This document shows positions 1-9,000 of a stretch of DNA of 64,000 nucleotides, piece after piece. Position 1 is the stretch's first letter, and the number at the start of each line of letters is the position of its first letter. The notes beneath the pieces were generated by a model. It was not told the DNA's origin. It did not search any database and saw only the letters and a program-made list of their open reading frames with translations. A program made the translations under genes and the position numbers. Location of the stretch: the sequence record DRR723986_4815. One strand, 5' to 3'.

Positions 1-3000
1 GTGGATCACGCTCGCTTTGCTTACGCTGGTGGTGTGACTCGACTAGAGGGTACCTTCAAAGCGTTCAATACGATTGAGCTGCATCAAGCGGAAGCTCGTA
101 TTGCGAACACGCTGTTTGAGAACAATGCCGATGGTCAAGGTGGTCAAGGGCCTGGCACTCGACTTGGGCGTCTAAGCAACTCTCCAGCGACGATCTTCGT
201 TCGTGGGGCTCAGCCGACGATCATCGACAACGTTTTCCGTGACAACGCGGGCAGTGTGATTGATATCGACGCCAACAGCATGATTGATGATTCGCAGCCC
301 GATCAAGGTCGTCAAACTGGTGCGGCTGATAGCGACCCAGCGTACCTGGCCAACCGTGGCCCGTTGATTCGAAACAATCGTCTCGAGAACAACGAGCTGA
401 ATGGTTTGGAAGTGCGTGGAGATACGCTGACGACCGCGAGCGTTTGGGATGACACAGACATCGCTCACGTAGTGTTTGACGGGATCTTCACTGGGAACAT
501 TGAGCACGAAGGTGGACTTCGGCTGCAGAGCGCTCCCGACGAGTCCTTGGTAGTTAAATTCGACGGTTATGGTTCGAACTTCAACGACAACCTAGGAGCG
601 GGTATTACGGCAAACGGTCAGTTTGCTACGACAACAGGTCGCGTCGGTGGTACTCTGCACGTCTTGGGGCAGCCTGGTTTCCCTGTCATCCTGACCAGCC
701 TCTTCGACGACACTGTCGGTGCGGGGCTTCGTCCTGATGGGCAGCCTCAGGCTGATACTAACAACGATGGTATTGGCTCGGTACCTCAAGCGGCTGACTG
801 GCGTGGGTTATTCCTGGATCAGGATTCGAACGACCGCAACGTTGGCATTGTTCTTGAAACGGAAGATTTCACAGCGGCAGCTCCGGGGCCAAATGGTTCA
901 ACATTGTCCGCTCAAGTGTTGGGCGACCTGGCTAGCACGGTGAATTCAAGCAATGAAAATCGTCGACTTGGCTTCATCGTTGAAGGCGTGTTGAGTCAGA
1001 ACGAAGACGTTGACGTATACAGCTTCTCAGGGGCTGCGGGGTCCGAGATTTGGTTAGACGTTGACAACACGAACAACAACTTGGACCTAGTGCTTGAGCT
1101 GTTGGATGCGAACGGCAATCTGCTTGCTCGCAGTGACAACAGCACCGAAGAGGCGATGGATCCTTCGTTGATCGTTCGCTCCGCTTTGGTAGATCCGAGC
1201 AGTATCAATCCGTTGGCGACTCGAGTCAGCAGTACTCGTTTGTCGTCGGCTGGCGAAGTCAAGGAAGACGGCACGACCAACCCGCTTGATCCAGGGTTGC
1301 GAGTCCGGTTGCCAGGTTCTGCTGGTGCACGAAGTAATTTCTTCTTCCGAATTCGGTCCGCAAGTACGAATAGTGATGCCTCTGGGGCAGGGCTTACTAA
1401 AGGTTCATATCAGGTCCAGCTTCGAATGCAAGAGGAGCAGGAGTGGGCCGGATCGACCATTAACTACGCAGACATTCGGTACGCAACAAATGGTGTCCAT
1501 CTCAAGGGACTTCCGGGCGAATCGCCTCTACTTGGTGAAGTAGCGGAAGATGAAGGGGCGCCGGGTGGAACAACGGAAGCAGACAACGGCGTTGCGATCG
1601 GCCGGGGGCGTACAACATTCCCGCTTGACCCGAATCGCGGAACGACGTTCTTTGGCGAACGCCAGACTGGCAATCGCCCTCAGTACGTTGGGAATATTCT
1701 TGATACCGCAAAGGGTGCAATAAGCATTGCCGGCGAAATTTCGCGTCCCGACGATCTCGATTTCTACATGATCGATATCACGCCAGAAGACTTGGTGGAT
1801 CCCAGCGATTTCTTGAACTCCTATGCTTCTCTCGTGTTTGACCTCGATTACGCAGACGGCTTCAACCGTGCTGATACGTCAATCAATATTTTCCGAGAAG
1901 AATTTTCTGACAGTATCTTCTATCAGGGTGAAAACCAGTACCGCCTGATTTACACCTCGGACAGCAGCAACATCGTTGAGGATCAGCCAAGACCATTGTC
2001 GGTTACCGATGCTGACGACCTAAGTCGTGGTTCCGCCGGGACCGCAGATCCATACATCGGTCCAGTTGCCTTGCCGGTTGGCCGTTATTTGATTGGTGTT
2101 TCTTCGGCCGCATATCAGCCTCGAACCAAGTTGCTGTACCCATCCGACAACATCGAGCCAGTAAACTCGGTTCGTCGGATTGTTGATGAAGCTTGGAGTA
2201 CTGCAAATCGGACTACCGCAGAACCTCCGCAGGTTATCGACTTCTTGCCACGACAGACTATCGGCGCAAGTTTGGAACTGAACTCAGAAAGTTTCGACCT
2301 CGGCGGTTACTCTGCTGCAGATCTGCCGAATATCTATTTGGACTACTCGCACGGTTTAGGTGATTTCGAGGTTGTCGTTGTTGACGGCAACGGCAATGAA
2401 ACAACGGTTGCTGAAACGGTACCAAACACGAATCTGACTCAGCTATCTGCAGGTAACAATAGTGCGAAGATTCCGCTGAGTAGTTTTGCCTACGACTTTG
2501 CGGGGCAGAATGATCTATCGTTAGTTTTCCGCAGTCAGAATCCAGCCACGCGAATCAATAATATCATCATCGGCTTTGCCGAGCGTGGTGAGTTCTATGG
2601 TGTGGCGAATGAAGCTCCGCTATTGACATTTGGTTTCATACCTGGAGCGGCAGCTCCCGAGTTCACTCGGCAGTTTTCTCTGGAGTCGTATGATTTTGCA
2701 GATGCACCTGGGCTGGAGTTTAACTACAACATTCAGCAGAGTAACATGCAGGTGTTCGTCAATGGTTTCCGAGTTGCAACCTCTGAAGCCAACGATCTGC
2801 GACCCGGTGAGTTGCTGCTGGTAACGCAATCACCTCAGGTTGGATTAATCGATCTAACGCCATGGACTGGAGATCCGAACGTCATTGTCGAATTTCGGGC
2901 TCTCGATGATCAAGCTTCAATAACCTTAAGCAACGTTCATGTCGAACTTGCTGATGGGGCGCGGGCTTTCACAGGGGAGCCTAATTCGACGTACGGTGAC

Positions 3001-6000
3001 GTCAATGTGTCACCTGACGTCGTGACAACTGGGCAGTACCAGCTTGAGGTTCGACTCGGTGATACCTACTTCGAGTCACAGCGATTCGGCGCCCCTGTGC
3101 TGACTAGGTCCTTCGACACGAATGATCGTTTGTCGCAACAGACGAACTTGATTGCACCTGCTGGAGCTGACTTGACCGATGGAGACACTTTCGAGTTGTC
3201 TGATGGTGGTACGAGTGTGCGACTGGAATTTACCACCGACGGTTTGGTCGGATTGGGCAATATTCCCGTTCCGTTCTCGCCGACTGACGAAGATTTTGTA
3301 GTCGCCAGGGCGATTCGCGACGCAATCAATAATCCTAACGTGCAGTCGCGTCTGAGTATCCGTGCTGCAAGTTCGGGTGGTGCCGAATCAGGCGCAACTT
3401 CCGATCCACGCATTCAGTTGTTTGGCATCCCAATTGTTCGGACCCTGACGGCAGCGAATCCGGCCGGCGAAGTCCAGGTCGAACTGCAGGAAGGTTTTTC
3501 TGACGAGAACGTTCGACGTCAGCAAGGCCAAGTGCTCATTCAAAATAGCTTTATCCGTGAGTCCCGTGACTATGGAATCTGGAGCGAAGCGGCCGATCGT
3601 CTTCAAGATCCACGGGATGTGGAGGACTTTATTGCTCGGACCATCATTCAGGATCTACCTGAGTTCGTTGGAACGCAGGCCGTTCGCAATTTGGTTGTAC
3701 CCAACGATGACGTTGATGGCGGTTTGCTGCCCGGCCTCGTGATTCAAAACAACGTTCTTGAAGAAGGCGGCTTGGGCGGTATCAACATCCAGGGCGAATT
3801 GCCGATTTGGATGATTTCACCAATCAGTGGGCTGATTCCAGTAACGGACTCGACGGTCAATACAAATCCACACTTTGGTGGTGGTGATCCAGGTACACCT
3901 GGCATTCCAGATGGGTCTGGTTTTGTGCTAGAGTCTGACCGTTCAAGAGTCAATTTCGAATACGAAGATCTGACTTCTGCCGACCAAGGCAATGGCTACG
4001 CAGTAGATGCGATTCCCGTCGGAATTCGCCGAAATGGTGGCCAGTTATATCACCGTATTGCACCGACTTCTTTCGGTACCACGGTACTCGAGTCGCTTCA
4101 TGCAGTCCGAGATTCAGTTCTCGCGAGCCCGTTTGTGACCAATGGTACAACACAAACGATCGAGGCAACGATTGCAGGTAGTCTGCTTGGTCCTGATCCA
4201 AGTGCACCTGATGGAATCTCCGCTGGATACCCAATCTACTACAACCGGCCATCGGTGTATCTTGAGGGCGTCAATTCGATCGCTCTCCGAGGACCACAGC
4301 CATTCCAAACACACACGGTTTCTTTGGGGGCTGCTCCTCAGGCTCACGCTCGCATCGTGAACAATACGGTGATCGGTAAGGATGGTCGTGCGAGCTTCAA
4401 TGGTGAAGATCCGCACGATGAGAGCAACGACACGATTTCGACGGCGGTTCAGACTTGGCAGGGGACGGCCCACAATCCGCTCGCCTATACAGCCGAAGGC
4501 GTTATCGGTGATACAACCGAGGGGCCAATTGAAACCGATGTCGATATGTTCCAGTTCAAACTCGGAACTGGTGAACGTGCGATCATCGACATTGATACGA
4601 CCGACAGTGGCTTAGATTCTGTGCTGCAGATCTTTGATGCTCGCGGAATCGCTCAGACTTTTGTCAACGCTTCTGGTTTAGAAGTAACGCTCAGTGACAA
4701 CGATGCAGCTCCTGGTGAAGCGGTTGGGCTGGATTCGTACGCTGACTTTACTGCGACCGAACCAGGTGTGTACTTCGCTGCTGTGAGTTCGGTTGGTAAT
4801 AGCACTTACGACCCGATTTCACTGGCGAATCGAGCCATCGGTACGACCACTGGGCAGTATTCGATTTCGATTGGCGTACGTCACCTCCAGGACTTTGTAA
4901 TCACCGCCGAGCACGGTAATAACTACAACCAAGGTGACACATTCACGATCTTTGGTGTGCCAGATATCGGTGCGACAGGATCGAGCGGACGAACCTTTGA
5001 ATTTACCTTCACCGGAGGTGTCTCCGATCCAGCGAATATTCCAATCCACATCGCTGCCAACTGGTATCGACCAGATGTTGCTCGGGCGATTGCCAAGGCG
5101 ATTTCTGAGGGCGGCGTAGGTGGCACACCAGCAGTCACAAATTCCCAAGATTTGGATAATGGCGAGTTTGGAACAGCAAGTCCTTTGCCTCCTGTTCACG
5201 CTCGTGCTCTCGGTGGGTTGTCTGGAGTTATCGATGCACCGCTTGACTCGATCTCGGGCGACCGGGCAAACTTCCTAAACGCGTTCTCCGACAACGACTT
5301 CAACTTGGTCAATGAGCTCGGCACCAACGCACTCTCGGATCGCGAAGTGCGACGTCTGCTCAACGGTGACTTCTGGGAAATCAACCAAGGTTTGGAGCTA
5401 TTTGCTCGCCGCAACGATGGGCGATTGTTCACTACCAGTATTAATGGTCGAACCCCGATCACAACCAGCTTGAGTAATCTTGGACTTGGGCACGATCGCG
5501 ATTTGACGACAAGCCTTTCGCGAACCTCGTTGGCTGACGGTACGACCGAGATGCATGTTGTTGTCAACAACGCAGCCTGGATTGAAAGCAACGGGTCGAT
5601 CATCGTTGACCCAGATAGCGGCGTGAACAATAACCTGGACCAGATAATTCCTGAGTCCGGCGTCTTGGCTTCGCGTGGGTCAAGCCCGACGTTGTTGAAT
5701 AATGTATTCTTCAATGTGCAGACTCCAATCGTCAATCAGGAAGCTCGGCGTTTCCCACTCACGGGCGGGCTCGCACCGTTTGGTAGTGAGAATCCGAACG
5801 CTCCGCTCAAGCCTGGCGACGTTGTCATTGGTGGTTCCATCTATCAATACGACGAATCGGCAAATTCACGCTTGCGTCGTGGAACGGGAATCGAGCAGGT
5901 TCCAACCAATGTTCCAAACACGGGCTTCGACTTCAATTTTGATGTTGCTGATGACGTTCGGCTGTTCGTCAACGGTCAAGCTGGTAACTTCCTGCCTGCA

Positions 6001-9000
6001 GCGAATTCTCCGCTGGTTGATAGCTCGATTGACTCCCTGCCGGAACGTTCCGGACTTGCGGCAATCAAGAGTGCTGTCGGCTTGTCGGAGAGCCCAGTGC
6101 TTGCTCCAAACACCGACTTGTTTGGTCAGCTTCGTGCGGACGATCCGGATGTTGCTCCACCAAGTGGTCTTGGCCAAAACGTGTTCAAGGATCGTGGTGC
6201 AGTTGATCGCTCGGACTTCATCGGCCCAGCGGCTATTCTGTTGGATCCAATTGACAACGATGCACTCGGAGTAGATCGCGATAATGCGGACTCCGTCGTT
6301 CAGCTTGAATCAGGTGTTTACCCTGAGTTCCGCATTCAGATTGCCGACGGGAATGAACCAGCAAACCCATTGCTTGGAATCGGTGTCAATGACGACACAG
6401 TTATCAACTCAGTCATCCCTGATCAGCGTTTGACCGGAGCGGCTGTGGTCGTCTTCGAGAACGGTCGCATGCTGCAAGAAGGCGTAGACTATACATTCGC
6501 TTACAACGCAACTCGCGATGAGATCATTCTGACTCCGCTAGCTGGCGTTTGGCGAGACGGTAAGGTCTATGAGATTTCGATCAACAACAAAGACCGCTTT
6601 GTCATCACGGCTCCATCTGGTGATCAGGTTGCTGACGGCGACACCTTCACGGTTATTGACGATGAAGGCGGCAGCGTTGTCTACGAATTCGATAGTGGAT
6701 ACCGACTGCAAGTACCTCAAGGACTGCTCATTACGATTCCACTTGCAGGTGGTGCGTTTGGCGGCGTTGCCGATGGGGACCGTTTGACGATTACCGCAGG
6801 CGGCGAAACGGAAACATTTGAGTTTGACCTCAACGGCAATATCCTTCCTGGAAACCTTCCGATTCAGTTTGGTCTGACGGATACTCAGGAAGAGATAACG
6901 CAAGCTGTCGTTGCTGCGATTCAATCGAGCGGTTTGGCTGTGAATCCAGCTCAGCAATCAGCCGGAACGATCTTCCTCGGAGCGGAAGCCGGCTCGGTCG
7001 TCGACACAGAATTTGCAACGCTCGGCCAACCGTCTACGACTCAGGCTCTTGAGATCCCAGAGGCTGGTCCTCGGGGTGGCGTGCTTGATACACACACATT
7101 CACTGTCAGCGACGGTCGCAACACAGTTGTGTTCGAATATGACACTGATGGAAATGTCACGGCGGGCAATACCGCAATTGATTTCTCGTCCGCCATCACA
7201 GCAAACGATGTGGCGTTGCTGACCGCACAAGCTATCTCAAGCAGTGCGTTGAGCCTGAGCCCGTCGATTGTCAACGGACGGTGGGTGCACCTTGGGCTTA
7301 GCGAGAATGGTTCTGCATCAGTTCAGACGGGGCAGATCAAGTTGGTTGGGATTGCCCGAACGCTCCAGGACGGTGAGTCGTTTGTTGTGACAGGCAATGG
7401 CAACACAGCAACGTTCGAATTCACACGTGATGCTGACGTTGCCGCTGGCAACACTCCAATTAATTTCTCGATCGACGATACCCAGGAAGCAATTGCTCAA
7501 CGCGTTGTTGACGCTATCAACGCAGCCGACTTGGGGGTTAATCCGGTCGCTGTTGGCGATGGAAACATTGCGATCGGCGGTGAAGCCAGCAACAACGTCG
7601 ATGTTACTAACGCACCAGGTCTGGCTCTCTTCGGCGAACCCGGCGTCCAGAGCAAGACTCGGCTTGAAATATTTGGCCCATTAGTCGCACAAGTTCCACC
7701 AGGTGGCGCAAGTGCTCTAACGGACGATTCTGTCTTCTCGATCACATCTGGTGGACGCACGCAGGTGTTCGAGTTTGATGGGAACGGTAGTGGTTCGACA
7801 GTTGGTGGCAGTACGGTAATCGCTTACACGCCATTAAGCACTGCAGATGATATAGCCAACTCGATCGCTATCGCAGTCAATTCTGCAGGGTTGGGAGTCA
7901 CCGCTCGGAACCTTGGTGGCGGGCAAGTCAGTTTCGGCCAGATCGACGAGAGTCAGGTGTTGGTTGGAACAAGTGGTCTAACGACGTTCCGCGGAGTTGT
8001 CAGCGACGGTGAGGTGTTCACAATCACTGATGGCGATCAGATCGTTCGTTTTGAGTTTGATAATGTTGACCTGAACAATGGTTTCCTATTCGGAAACACT
8101 CAGATTCGATTCAGCAATACCACAACACCGGCAGAGCTGGTGCAGAGCATGCAGGCTGCCATCGAAGCTTCACCGCTCGGATTGACGGCAAACATTCTTA
8201 GTGCCGGAGTTCTTGAGCTAAACGATACGCCGAGATTCTCGACCGATACAACCGCTGCACCGACACTGGTTAAGTCTGGTGTTCCGGGCGGTAGTAACGC
8301 AGTGACGTTCATCCAGAGTTCCAGCTTCACCGGCGAAGACATGAAGCAAGCGATTATTGAGGCAATCAATGCCGCGGAGTCGACTCCGTTGCTGGCCTCT
8401 GATCGTGGTGGGGCGACGCTGTTCGTTGCAAATGCAGCCAGCGTTTCTGACGACCTTGAGAGCTTCTTCTTGAGGGGCGTTGCTGACTTGGCCGGCAATC
8501 TGTTGAAAGCGAATCGTATCAACAACGAAACGCAGTTCACGATCCTGATGCCTGGAGTCACGCTTGATTATGGTGACACACCTGATCCGGTTGTTTCCAC
8601 TCCAGGACGATACCCAGTACGTCACATCAACAATGGTGCACGTCACGTTGTCAGTGATGTAGCACTCCTTGGTTCGACGATCACGGCCGAGGCCGATGGC
8701 CAGCCTTCGCCTGGTGCAAGTGCTGATGCTGGCGACGATGGGGTAACCTTCGGAGCCAACTTGTCGCAGCCAGGGATTTTCAATCCTCACGTCATGACTG
8801 AGGTAGACGTCACGCTGAACAGTGCTGGTTTCGTAGATCTGTGGATTGACTTCAATGCTGATGGTGATTGGACTGATCCCGGTGAGCAAGTGCTTACATC
8901 GGCGAAGTTCACCGAAAACAGCCTAACCCAGACGTTTATGGTCACGGTGCCTGCTACGGCTCCAGTGCCGAACGGTCCAACAACGACCTATGCACGTGTC

